Part shown: one piece after another, positions 25,465 to 35,095 of the stretch
Numbering within the stretch: the stretch's first letter is position 1
How the letters are laid out: every line of letters begins with the position of its first letter
IMG/VR virus record: IMGVR_UViG_3300030099_006944
Coordinates: 1 to 64,000 of that record
DNA: 64,000 bases
Direction: 5' to 3' (one strand)
DNA from: a virus
Program-made: the position numbers and the translations under genes
Notes under the pieces: model-generated
Told to the model about the DNA's origin: nothing
What the model saw: the letters and a program-made list of their open reading frames with translations, nothing else
The model's database searches: none

Positions 25465-26828
25465 TGTCGAAAGATATGAAAAAGATAATGGAAGCGTATC
25501 GTAAGGGTATTTTGTTGAACGAGAAACGTTATTCCATCGGTGATATTAGATACAGAAAAGACAAAAAACCTAGTGCCGACGTCAAAGGATCTGATTTTGA
25601 TAAAGACGGCGTAGAGAACCAATTTGATGATGTTCCTTTTGACGCAAATTTTCACGATATAGATGGAGTAGATCAGGAAAAATTTGCGGACGCAGTCGGA
25701 GTAGATCCGAATGTTATAGGGAGAGGAATAACCGATACCCTATCAGATAAATTTAAAGATTATTATAAGAGTCAAGGTGTTGAAAACCCGCGAGATATAA
25801 CAGAGCCAATACCCGCTGGTCCAGATCCAGATCAAGAAAAATCAGCAGACGGAGATCAAGAACCATCTACTGACCTAGACCAAGAAGAGATAGCTGCCGC
25901 GTTAACGACACTGGATCCGTCCAACTTCGGAAAAGGGGCCAAAGCAGTTTACAATGATGGAGAAGTTACTGTTTTTGAGTTTATGGAGTGGATGTCGGGC
26001 CGTGAGTTATTGAAGAGTAATTTTGAAAGGTTCAAAGAAAACCTTCAAACATTTGCCCAAAATTTTGCAGAAAAAAACCCTAAGATAGTAAAAATGCTCC
26101 CGGGCGATGCCACACTAAGAGGTTTGATTGGACAAACTATAACTTTTTTCGAGGAGCAAGGTTATGCATTATTAAAGGGCGGCGCCAAAGGAGGCCTCTT
26201 GGATGTGATAGCAGGGATTCTTGATCAAGCCGGTGTACCTAACACATTAGGATTCCGAAGAATGCTAGCCAGAGTGATAAGCGCAGCCATAATCCAAACA
26301 GCAACAGATAAGGCAGAAGATATTGTTGATGGTGTAATTAAAAAATTAACAGATTCATCTAATTCGTTAAAGAGAAAATCTATGAAGATCATGACCGTCG
26401 GTGACGACGGCAAACCAGTGTTAAAATACAACCAAGACATCCAAGAAATGTTTGACGTGCCGGAGGAGATTGTGAAAATGTTCCAAGGGAAATTACAAGA
26501 CAACGGACAAAGACTAATCAGTAAGTTTTTTAATGAATATAGAACAAATCTAGTTAAAATATTCGAAATGGCAAAAGAGGCAACTAGCGATCCGAAGAAG
26601 TATCAGAACATCATTAATCAAGATCTAACAGAATTTCTAAAAGATCAAGACACAAGCACCAATGCTGCCAAAGACGCGTTGGAATATATAAGAAATGCTT
26701 ACAATTTAAAAGGAATAAAGGTCACAACGAAAGCCAATGATGAGAAAGGAACGTCTTCTCGTACTGTCACTGCTGGTACTGTGAATGAATCCAAGCGTCG
26801 TCGCATAGTATACCGAGGAAAGAAATGA
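25464..26828 (+). CDS. MSKDMK-tagged protein with Ca-binding-like motif
   Basis: MSKDMKKIMEAYRKGILLNE; DFDKDGVENQFDDVP (TSP3-like). Confidence 0.7.
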   Translation: MSKDMKKIMEAYRKGILLNEKRYSIGDIRYRKDKKPSADVKGSDFDKDGVENQFDDVPFDANFHDIDGVDQEKFADAVGVDPNVIGRGITDTLSDKFKDYYKSQGVENPRDITEPIPAGPDPDQEKSADGDQEPSTDLDQEEIAAALTTLDPSNFGKGAKAVYNDGEVTVFEFMEWMSGRELLKSNFERFKENLQTFAQNFAEKNPKIVKMLPGDATLRGLIGQTITFFEEQGYALLKGGAKGGLLDVIAGILDQAGVPNTLGFRRMLARVISAAIIQTATDKAEDIVDGVIKKLTDSSNSLKRKSMKIMTVGDDGKPVLKYNQDIQEMFDVPEEIVKMFQGKLQDNGQRLISKFFNEYRTNLVKIFEMAKEATSDPKKYQNIINQDLTEFLKDQDTSTNAAKDALEYIRNAYNLKGIKVTTKANDEKGTSSRTVTAGTVNESKRRRIVYRGKK

Positions 26829-29800
26829 ACAATAAAGAACTTTTAATCGAGTTATACAGCCACCCATTAGTCCAACGAATGCTTATCAAGGAACTTTTGA
26901 CCAAGCGTCAATTAGTAGAATTGGTTTTGTTGGAGAAGAAAAAATGGTATCACGGCCCATGGTACAAAGAAAAAGAAGAAACAACCTTAGACCGAAGAGA
27001 CAAAGCAGATAGAAACACATCTAAGATAGCTTCAACAGTAAAATCAAAAATAGATTCATGGACGAAGCCTCTCGGGGGCAAAGCCGATGAATTAATAGAC
27101 CCAGAAAAAAAAATAAGCAAAAAGACTTACGATGGCGCTTTTAAAAAGACAAAGAGAGAAATTGCCGCCAAGCTAGACGAAAAATCGAAATCCAAACAAA
27201 AGGTTTATTCCAAAACAGGGACAGATGCGACGGGGTCTAAATATACAAAAGAAGGTGGTATCTATTACACAAAACAAGATAAAAGTAAAGGGTCGGATCT
27301 CGCAAATATCTTTAAAGACCTTTCAAGTTCCCTAGGGAAACCGAAATTTCAGGGTAACACAATAAACAGACCAACAGTGACATTCTTGTTGTGGTTCAAA
27401 AAAGTTTCCGAGCTAGATTGGAACAATTTCAAGACAGAAACGGAAGCATCAGTCATACAAGAATCAAAAAATCCGAAAAAGTTTTTAGAGAGAACTCAGA
27501 AAAATCTTGAACAAATTGCCCTTGAAATTGGATTAAAAATAGTAAAGCAAGCTATGGATGATTTAATAAACGACAAAGACCTATCGGAAGAAGTGAGAGA
27601 ATACGCTGAAAAAAATATTCCGAAGTATATGAAAGCTCGAAAGGATGCTTCTAATAACTGGACAGACCCAAACCACCAGTTTAGATCTTTGCTTCTGGCG
27701 TTAGGAGAATCATCGCAAGATTTTTATGAAAAATACCTAAAATTAAACGACACTAGATGGCTTGATAAATTGGAGAAAGAAGAACGGGCAGCTATCAAGA
27801 GATTTATAAAGCTTTATAAAGCAGAGTTTTTAGCTAAAAAATGGCAAAACACACAAGAAATCAATGAACAGGACGAGGGAGAAAACGATGGGTTGCAAAC
27901 TTTTTTGGGCTTAGAGGTCTTCGCGAAAGAGTTATCAAAGTCACAAGCAACAGAGATCTGGAACAAACTTGATGATGCAGAGAAACAAATCATAGTTAAT
28001 TTGGTGAAAGAATATCCAGAGGGTTTTAACAAATACCTTTATGGAAGAGCAGATACTCATGGGGATATTTGGGGCCTCGAAGATGAAATGAGTAACAGAC
28101 TTATTAGAGCCTCAGAAGAAGAAATAGAAAAAGCCAAAGAGCGTCTCGAAATGGAAAAGAGACAAAAGAAAGAAAAAGAAGAAAAATATGAAAAAACCCG
28201 AGGATCCTTGAAGAAGATCCTTCCTTTTGCAATAAACAAATCTGCGCGATTAATCAAGGCTTTGGAAAAGATGGTGTCTTTCTTAGACAAAGATACGTTA
28301 AAAGATCCCGGAGGACCAGAGCTTGGAAAAAGAGAGTTCGTATCAGAAGATATGAATCCTCCAATGAAAAGTAGACAACAAATCAAAGATCAACTAGAAA
28401 AAGAATTAAAATATCAAAAAGAATTAATGAAGTTGTTGGAGTTTTATTTCAAAGTATTTGTACAAGAGAAAGACAAGCTCCAAGATGCTAATTTTCTAGA
28501 TCAAATGATATTGAAGGCAAAAAATATCGTAAGAATGATGAAAGAGATTCTAGCAGATGCATCTGATTCCATAAAGACAAAGTTCGTTGGTGGTGATGAA
28601 GAAGGTACCCAAGAACAAGCGGAAGAGGTCTTGGAGACAGAACCAGAGCAAGCAGTTAACGAGCAACAATCCGGCACTTCTGCAATCGATAATGCAAACG
28701 AGTGGATACAGGCAATAGAATCTTTAATAAGAGACAATTATACTCGCTTAGAGAGAGTTTATGGCGAAACCAAGAAGGTACTATCTGATCTCAAAAAGGG
28801 TCAATTTGAACTGTCCTCTGAGTTACAAGATATCTTGAATAGAACCCTAGGTAGCAAAGTCATTGATTTGTTTGACAAGGCCTTGTCGGACCTCAAAAAC
28901 AATTTACCGATGGAAGATTATAAAACTAAACTTAAAAACATATCCGATCTAGAAAACCGCGACTTAGTGGGCTTAAAACCTGACGTCGAACCGGTAACAG
29001 AAGCTCCCGAAGATCAAGAAACCCAGCCTGCTAACAAAGAACAAGCCCAAAGAGAATTCATCCGTACGTACGATACTTTTGAATCCCATAAAAATGTAAC
29101 ATTAAAAGCTTTGGAGGGCCTTCGAAGGAGTCTCGATTCTGTCGATCAAGAAAAATACTTTGCATTCTTTCAATTAGCCGGTAAGACAGCAGAGAAGATT
29201 ACAGAATATGATAATTCGCTAAACGAGATAAAGAAGTTTCTGGCAAACCCGACAAACGTACCGGACTATATTAAAATAGGAGAAAAAGTCAGAAAGAAAG
29301 AAGAATTGATCCCTAAGCAAGGAAAACAACTTATACCAGCAAAATATGCCGAACAAATTAAGAATTCCATTGGTCAACAAGATGAGTTGAAGAGACTCTA
29401 CGATGATCAACAAGGACAAGGTGGTTTGTCAATGGAAAAAGTAGAAGAATATATGTCTGACGTCTCGCTGGTTATCGATGTTTTATCCGCTGCTTCCGCC
29501 GCAACCGGTGTAGGCCTTCCAGCAGCCGCTGCTCTCCAAGCCTTAGGTAAAGCTTTGACGGTAGGAGAGATAGCAAAGAAACTAGCAGATGGTGACTTTG
29601 CAGGAGCCGGTACCAAAGCAGTACTGATGCTGATGCCCGGAGAAAAAATAGCTAAATATTTAGGCGGAGCCGCTGGGAAGGTTGCCGCAAACTCATTTGG
29701 AAAATTCCTCAAACCGCTATCGGATTTTATGATAAAAAATCCAGACAAAGCTGGCGGTGTTATTGATTTATTAATAACGGGAGTTGGGCAAAAATTAGAC

Positions 29801-30166
29801 AACGACGACACACCTGAGGAGACAACAGGAACACCTGCCGGAAAGATAGAGAAAGCCAAAACTGAACTAGAAGAATTAAAAGAAGCCATAGGCAAAACCA
29901 ACGCAGCTGATGATCAAAAGAAAAAATGGATTGCATTTATTAACGATGCAGTGAATAGAACGGTTGCTATGGGCGAAGAAGATCTAACCGATGAACAATA
30001 TTTGAAAATATTGCTCGATGCAAAGCAAACTATAACCAACCAGATCAAGCAATTTCAGAACAATCAGGGAAACGAACCCAAACAAGAACACATAGAGCGA
30101 GCATTAAAGCCGATAATAGAACAACTACTAAGAGGTAAACATGGCGAAAAAGAACTTTATTATTGA
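26825..30166 (+). CDS. 1113-aa helical protein, candidate internal/ejection protein
   Basis: Repeated hydrophobic-x-E junctions; Gly/Ala-rich hydrophobic segment near the C-terminus. Confidence 0.65.
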   Translation: MNNKELLIELYSHPLVQRMLIKELLTKRQLVELVLLEKKKWYHGPWYKEKEETTLDRRDKADRNTSKIASTVKSKIDSWTKPLGGKADELIDPEKKISKKTYDGAFKKTKREIAAKLDEKSKSKQKVYSKTGTDATGSKYTKEGGIYYTKQDKSKGSDLANIFKDLSSSLGKPKFQGNTINRPTVTFLLWFKKVSELDWNNFKTETEASVIQESKNPKKFLERTQKNLEQIALEIGLKIVKQAMDDLINDKDLSEEVREYAEKNIPKYMKARKDASNNWTDPNHQFRSLLLALGESSQDFYEKYLKLNDTRWLDKLEKEERAAIKRFIKLYKAEFLAKKWQNTQEINEQDEGENDGLQTFLGLEVFAKELSKSQATEIWNKLDDAEKQIIVNLVKEYPEGFNKYLYGRADTHGDIWGLEDEMSNRLIRASEEEIEKAKERLEMEKRQKKEKEEKYEKTRGSLKKILPFAINKSARLIKALEKMVSFLDKDTLKDPGGPELGKREFVSEDMNPPMKSRQQIKDQLEKELKYQKELMKLLEFYFKVFVQEKDKLQDANFLDQMILKAKNIVRMMKEILADASDSIKTKFVGGDEEGTQEQAEEVLETEPEQAVNEQQSGTSAIDNANEWIQAIESLIRDNYTRLERVYGETKKVLSDLKKGQFELSSELQDILNRTLGSKVIDLFDKALSDLKNNLPMEDYKTKLKNISDLENRDLVGLKPDVEPVTEAPEDQETQPANKEQAQREFIRTYDTFESHKNVTLKALEGLRRSLDSVDQEKYFAFFQLAGKTAEKITEYDNSLNEIKKFLANPTNVPDYIKIGEKVRKKEELIPKQGKQLIPAKYAEQIKNSIGQQDELKRLYDDQQGQGGLSMEKVEEYMSDVSLVIDVLSAASAATGVGLPAAAALQALGKALTVGEIAKKLADGDFAGAGTKAVLMLMPGEKIAKYLGGAAGKVAANSFGKFLKPLSDFMIKNPDKAGGVIDLLITGVGQKLDNDDTPEETTGTPAGKIEKAKTELEELKEAIGKTNAADDQKKKWIAFINDAVNRTVAMGEEDLTDEQYLKILLDAKQTITNQIKQFQNNQGNEPKQEHIERALKPIIEQLLRGKHGEKELYY

Positions 30167-31484
30167 TACGAGCGTATTCCTATCAGACTCAAACTGCTTT
30201 TACAAGTTTCAAAACAACGATATATTTGTACCCCTTAAAGTATTAGAAGAAATTGACAAACACAAAAAGCGCCAAGACACCGTTGGCCATCATGCAAGGC
30301 AGGCAATAAGAACATTTGACGTTCTAAGGGGCGCTGGTAGCCTTTCTAAGGGCGTACGCATCGCCAAAGGGTTAGGGGTGCTTCGTGTAATCAAAGCGTC
30401 TGAAATATGCCTCAATGAGCTTCCTAGGGACCTTACGCACCAAATGTCCGATCACCTCATTTTAGCAACAGCGTTGACCATCAAAAAAGATCAACCGAAA
30501 AGAAAGACAGTTGTTGTGTCACGTGATATTAACATGAGAGTGATAGCAGACGCGTTAAGTCTGTTAACAGAAGATTACAGTAACTCTCAGGTTGTTGAGA
30601 ACACTGATAAAATATATGAGGGGTTTACAAAACTTTTGGTAGATGAAGAATCAATCAATCAATTTTATCTCGGAGATGATGTATATTTAGATGAGGATGT
30701 TGTAACAGAACAAAAAATTAAGCTATATCCGAATGAGTTTGTTATGTTAGTGTCATCTAGTAACGAAAAAAAAACGGCACTTTCCAGATTTACTGATTAT
30801 TCCAAACCACTACGTCACATTCGAGATTTAAAAAATGAATTAATGTGGGGTATCCATCCTCGAAACAAAGAACAATCCTTTGCGTTTGATTTGCTATTTG
30901 ATGATGAAATACCATTGGTATCTCTCATAGGTAAAGCCGGCTCTGGGAAGACCTTGATGGCCATTGCAGCCGCTTTGGAACAAGGGCTAGGGGGAAAGGG
31001 TGACCAATACCGTAGGATCATTATATCGCGCCCTGTACAGCCTCTGGGGAAAGACATTGGTTTCCTTCCGGGAACGATGGAAGAGAAAATGCTACCTTGG
31101 CTCAAACCAATTCAGGATAACATTCGTCACCTCATGGGAGACGATCGTACTATGCTCGAAGCCTATGTTGAGAAAGGAAAAATCGAAGTTGAGGCATTAA
31201 CTTACATAAGAGGACGGTCAATTTCTAATGCGTTTGTAATTATAGATGAGGCACAAAATCTCACAGCACATGAAGTCAAGACGATTATCACTCGGATTGG
31301 CGAGAACACAAAAATTGTTTTAACTGGTGACATTGAGCAAATTGACAATGTATATACTAATGAAACAAGCAATGGTTTGACGTATGCTGTTGAGAAGTTT
31401 AAAGAAAGTGAACTTGCCGGCCATATTACATTTAGAAAAGGAGAGCGGAGTAAACTCGCAACAGCAGCCGCAAAATTGTTATGA
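30141..31484 (+). CDS. phoH: PIN-domain plus PhoH ATPase
   Basis: FIIDTSVF..LEEIDKHK (PIN); GKAGSGKT; YIRGRS; IIDEAQN. Confidence 0.9.
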   Translation: MAKKNFIIDTSVFLSDSNCFYKFQNNDIFVPLKVLEEIDKHKKRQDTVGHHARQAIRTFDVLRGAGSLSKGVRIAKGLGVLRVIKASEICLNELPRDLTHQMSDHLILATALTIKKDQPKRKTVVVSRDINMRVIADALSLLTEDYSNSQVVENTDKIYEGFTKLLVDEESINQFYLGDDVYLDEDVVTEQKIKLYPNEFVMLVSSSNEKKTALSRFTDYSKPLRHIRDLKNELMWGIHPRNKEQSFAFDLLFDDEIPLVSLIGKAGSGKTLMAIAAALEQGLGGKGDQYRRIIISRPVQPLGKDIGFLPGTMEEKMLPWLKPIQDNIRHLMGDDRTMLEAYVEKGKIEVEALTYIRGRSISNAFVIIDEAQNLTAHEVKTIITRIGENTKIVLTGDIEQIDNVYTNETSNGLTYAVEKFKESELAGHITFRKGERSKLATAAAKLL

Positions 31485-31846
31485 AACTTACAAAAGAAAA
31501 ACTTAAACATATTATTTTAGAAGAACTCAACCAAATGATCACAGAGCAGGACGGCGTCGATTTTCAGGGCATGTTAGCCAGTGAAACAGACGATGAAGAT
31601 CTCTATCAGAGGATGGTACTAGCAGCAGACTCTGGGATTTTAAACTTCGAGGAAGAGGAAATCGAAAAATTTTTAGATGGATATAGAAAATCTATGGATG
31701 CAATGGATTCTATCGGAGGCCTCCAAAACAAAGATAATTGGTCTGATGAACAATCGACAATTGCATACAACCAATCAGATGATCTGAATTTTTACAGAAA
31801 TACTTCTAGAAGTATATTAAAACAAGCCGGCTTACTAAAACAATGA
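31481..31846 (+). CDS. Tagged hypothetical protein
   Basis: MKLTKEKLKHIILEE. Confidence 0.7.
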   Translation: MKLTKEKLKHIILEELNQMITEQDGVDFQGMLASETDDEDLYQRMVLAADSGILNFEEEEIEKFLDGYRKSMDAMDSIGGLQNKDNWSDEQSTIAYNQSDDLNFYRNTSRSILKQAGLLKQ

Positions 31847-32262
31847 TAGGATTTATTTTAGGAACGATTTATGCAAGTTTTTTGGAATGGTGGATACACA
31901 AGTATCTATTTCATGTAAGAGGAAAGAAAAAAGATAGCCTCTTTGCATATCACCTGAGAGATCACCATGTCGTTGCTAAAAAGAACAATTTCGTTGATAT
32001 TAGAATGTCTATCATCGAGACGTTTGGTTTACTATTCCTTGCTATTATCCATCTCCCTATTTTTTATATTAGCTGTATGTTCTATTTCGCTACGGTTGTT
32101 TATGCTATAGCTTTCTTTGTTTTGCACAACTACGGCCACAGAAATCCTTGTTGGGCTCAAAATTATCAACCTTGGCACTGGAAGCATCATATGAAAAACC
32201 CAAATTCAAACTGGAATGTCGTCCTTCCAATTGCTGACTGGATTATGAAGACAAATAAATAA
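31843..32262 (+). CDS. Fatty-acid hydroxylase/sterol desaturase superfamily membrane enzyme
   Basis: His boxes EWWIHKYLFH, HLRDHH, HNYGH, HWKHH; TM segments. Confidence 0.8.
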   Translation: MIGFILGTIYASFLEWWIHKYLFHVRGKKKDSLFAYHLRDHHVVAKKNNFVDIRMSIIETFGLLFLAIIHLPIFYISCMFYFATVVYAIAFFVLHNYGHRNPCWAQNYQPWHWKHHMKNPNSNWNVVLPIADWIMKTNK

Positions 32263-32263
32263 T

Positions 32264-32292
32264 TTGACAAACTCATTCCTTTGTGTTATATT
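32264..32292 (+). promoter_or_regulatory. Sigma70 promoter
   Basis: TTGACA-17nt-TATATT with extended TG. Confidence 0.7.
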
Positions 32293-32318
32293 AATAATAA
32301 TTAACAAGGAAAACAATT

Positions 32319-32984
32319 ATGTGGATAACAGAATCAGCCAACAAAGGAAGGAAGATGAACGACATGTATAGAGTTAGTGGCATCGATGTTTATATTAAAG
32401 ACAGGTTACCTGAAAATGTAGATCCGGGTTTTGTTTTCAAATATATAAACGCTAGGATACCTTTTCATCTTACGACCGGCATAGATATAATTTATATAGG
32501 ACAATTCCCGGAAATGGCAGAGAGAGAAATCAATGCCTATTATGAGGATGGTGCAATATATGTTACGAACGATCAGGATGAAGAAATGGATATGATAGAT
32601 GATATAATTCATGAATTAGCACATGCCGTAGAAAGAAACAATGATGAACTGATTTACGGATCAGGCGCACTACAAAGTGAATTTACAGCAAAAAGAAAGA
32701 ATTTGACAACTCGCCTCAAAGAAATGTACGATGTTCCTAGGGATTTCAATGTTAATATAGAATTTGATCAAGATATTGATGATTTTTTGTACAAGGTCGT
32801 CGGGTATGATATATTAAACCAACTAGTTGTTAATATATTTGTATCAGGCTATGCCGCTACATCAGTTAGTGAATATTTTGCCCGAGGATTTGAAGAATAC
32901 TTTATTGGGGACAAAGATACCCTAAAACAATTAAGCCCTGTATTATACAGGATAATTGACGAACTTGTTCATTTGGAGGACTAA
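32319..32984 (+). CDS. Zincin-like (lethal-factor-type) metallopeptidase
   Basis: IIHELAH; YAATSVSEYFARGFE. Confidence 0.65.
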   Translation: MWITESANKGRKMNDMYRVSGIDVYIKDRLPENVDPGFVFKYINARIPFHLTTGIDIIYIGQFPEMAEREINAYYEDGAIYVTNDQDEEMDMIDDIIHELAHAVERNNDELIYGSGALQSEFTAKRKNLTTRLKEMYDVPRDFNVNIEFDQDIDDFLYKVVGYDILNQLVVNIFVSGYAATSVSEYFARGFEEYFIGDKDTLKQLSPVLYRIIDELVHLED

Positions 32985-33757
32985 TGACAAAACAACACAT
33001 TTCGTTTTCAGAACTGAAAACTTGGGCGGAATGCCCTTACAAACACAGATTAAAATATATCGATGGCATTAACGGATTTACCGGTAATGCTTTCACTGCA
33101 TTTGGCACCGCAATACATAGTGTTTGCGAGTTTATAGCCAAAGGTGAATTGGATCCGATAGATTATGATGAACACTTTGATTTAGCATTTCTTGTTGAAC
33201 TAAAGAAACTGGAAGAAAAACCTGATAACCAATTGATCACAGACATGCGACGGCAGGGGAAAGAGATTTCCCCTTCTGTTTTTCCTCAACTAAAAGAGCA
33301 CTTTGGTGCGTACGAAGTTTTTTCTACCGAGGAAAGATTATATCAAACAATAAGTGAGTTAACGTACAAATGGCACCTTAAAGGTTTCATAGACTTAGTT
33401 ATCAAAACCGAAGACGGTAAATATCATATCTTAGATTGGAAATCATGTAGTTGGGGCTGGGACGCAAAGAAACGTTCTGAAAAATTAGTAACATATCAAT
33501 TGACATTGTATAAGAAGTTTTTCTGTGAAAAGCATAATATTGACCCTGAATTGGTGGAGACTCATTTTGGCCTTCTTAAAAGAACTGCGAAAGACAATAA
33601 AGTTGAAATATTTAGAGTAACGTCCGGTAGTAGAAAAACAGCGAATGCTACTAAATTATTGACTGATGGTTGCCGCACGATAAAAGCGGCAAATTATGTT
33701 AAAAACAGAAACTCTTGTACCGGTTGTGAATTCTACAAAACAGAACATTGCAAATAA
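32984..33757 (+). CDS. PD-(D/E)XK exonuclease, Cas4/RecB-like
   Basis: ECPYK; GFIDLV; ILDWKS; QLTLY; C-terminal CTGCEF..C (Fe-S-like). Confidence 0.85.
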   Translation: MTKQHISFSELKTWAECPYKHRLKYIDGINGFTGNAFTAFGTAIHSVCEFIAKGELDPIDYDEHFDLAFLVELKKLEEKPDNQLITDMRRQGKEISPSVFPQLKEHFGAYEVFSTEERLYQTISELTYKWHLKGFIDLVIKTEDGKYHILDWKSCSWGWDAKKRSEKLVTYQLTLYKKFFCEKHNIDPELVETHFGLLKRTAKDNKVEIFRVTSGSRKTANATKLLTDGCRTIKAANYVKNRNSCTGCEFYKTEHCK

Positions 33758-33771
33758 TTTTTATTTTTTTC

Positions 33772-33800
33772 TTGACAATGTCTTTTCTCTATGTTATATT
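33772..33800 (+). promoter_or_regulatory. Sigma70 promoter heading the glycan locus
   Basis: TTGACA-17nt-TATATT with extended TG. Confidence 0.7.
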
Positions 33801-33829
33801 AGGTTTATATAATATTGTTGAGGAGACAT

Positions 33830-35095
33830 ATGTCTAAAAAAATAAAAGTACTAACATTTGGTGACCATCCTCTTTCCCCATCTGGGGTTGGATCACAAAC
33901 GAAATATATATGTGAGGCTTTGCTTAAATCTGGTAAGTTTGAAATCCTATCATTAGGCGGAGCCATGAAGCATCAGAATTATAACCCCATCACCGTAGAA
34001 CCATATGGTCACGATTGGAGAATTATACCAGTTGATGGTTACGGAACTCAGGAAATGATTCGTTCAATTCTTAGAAACGAGAAGCCTGATATTTTATGGA
34101 TGATGACGGATCCTAGATTTTACGAATGGCTTTGGGCAATGGAAAACGAAATTAGACCATTGTGCCCTATCGTTTATTATCATGTTTGGGACAACTATCC
34201 TTTTCCGATGTTTAACAGAAAGTACTATTTGTCAAATGATTACATCGCCTGTATTTCCAAATTGACTCATGATATAATTAAGAATGTAGTACCAGAAGTC
34301 AATTCGAGCTATCTTCCTCATGCTATTGACTCTAATATTTTTGCCCCTAGGACGAAAGAAGAACGCTTGACTATTCGCGAAAGAAATGTTGATCAACGAG
34401 ATAAGGATAAATTTATTTTGTTTTGGAACAACAGGAACGCTCGTAGAAAGCAGTCCGGAACTTTAATCTGGTGGTTTAAAGAGTGGCTTGATGAAAGAGA
34501 TCTTCATGATAAGGCACAATTGATTATGCATACAGATCCCTATGATGTTCATGGGCAAGACTTGGGCCATATTGTCAAGCGTTTGGATTTAGAAAACAGA
34601 CAGGTTCTCTTTTCCACTAGTAAAATAGCACCAGAGCAACTTGCTGTTTTATATAATATGGCGGACGTAACTGTAAACATCTCAGATGCCGAAGGTTTTG
34701 GACTAGCTACACTAGAATCTTTATCTTGCGGTACGCCAATCATTGCTAACATGACAGGTGGGTTACAAGAACAAGTTGTTGGTGATGGAGACGTATATGG
34801 TGTGCCTATTTTTCCTTCTTCAAAGGCTATAATTGGTTCTCAACAAGTCCCCTATATTTACGAAGACAGAATTAGTAAAAAAGATTTTTTGAAAGCACTG
34901 AGTAAAATGTACGATATAGGGCTGGACGCTCGTTTGGAAATGGGAATGCGCGGTCATGAGTATGTTAAGAGAAATTATAATTTTTCTACCTTTAATAAAT
35001 CTTGGGTCGATCTTATGACTCGAATCCACGAAACAGAAGGTTCTTGGGAAACTAGAAAAAACTATAACGGCGTAAGATTCAAGGAGGTCGCGTGA
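33830..35095 (+). CDS. GT4 glycosyltransferase
   Basis: AEGFGLATLESLSCGTPII; start chosen after AGGAG. Confidence 0.85.
   Translation: MSKKIKVLTFGDHPLSPSGVGSQTKYICEALLKSGKFEILSLGGAMKHQNYNPITVEPYGHDWRIIPVDGYGTQEMIRSILRNEKPDILWMMTDPRFYEWLWAMENEIRPLCPIVYYHVWDNYPFPMFNRKYYLSNDYIACISKLTHDIIKNVVPEVNSSYLPHAIDSNIFAPRTKEERLTIRERNVDQRDKDKFILFWNNRNARRKQSGTLIWWFKEWLDERDLHDKAQLIMHTDPYDVHGQDLGHIVKRLDLENRQVLFSTSKIAPEQLAVLYNMADVTVNISDAEGFGLATLESLSCGTPIIANMTGGLQEQVVGDGDVYGVPIFPSSKAIIGSQQVPYIYEDRISKKDFLKALSKMYDIGLDARLEMGMRGHEYVKRNYNFSTFNKSWVDLMTRIHETEGSWETRKNYNGVRFKEVA

Noticed and set aside
32984-33757. Cas4-like nuclease as a CRISPR-Cas system
   Set aside because: No array or other cas genes; solo Cas4-like nucleases are common in phages
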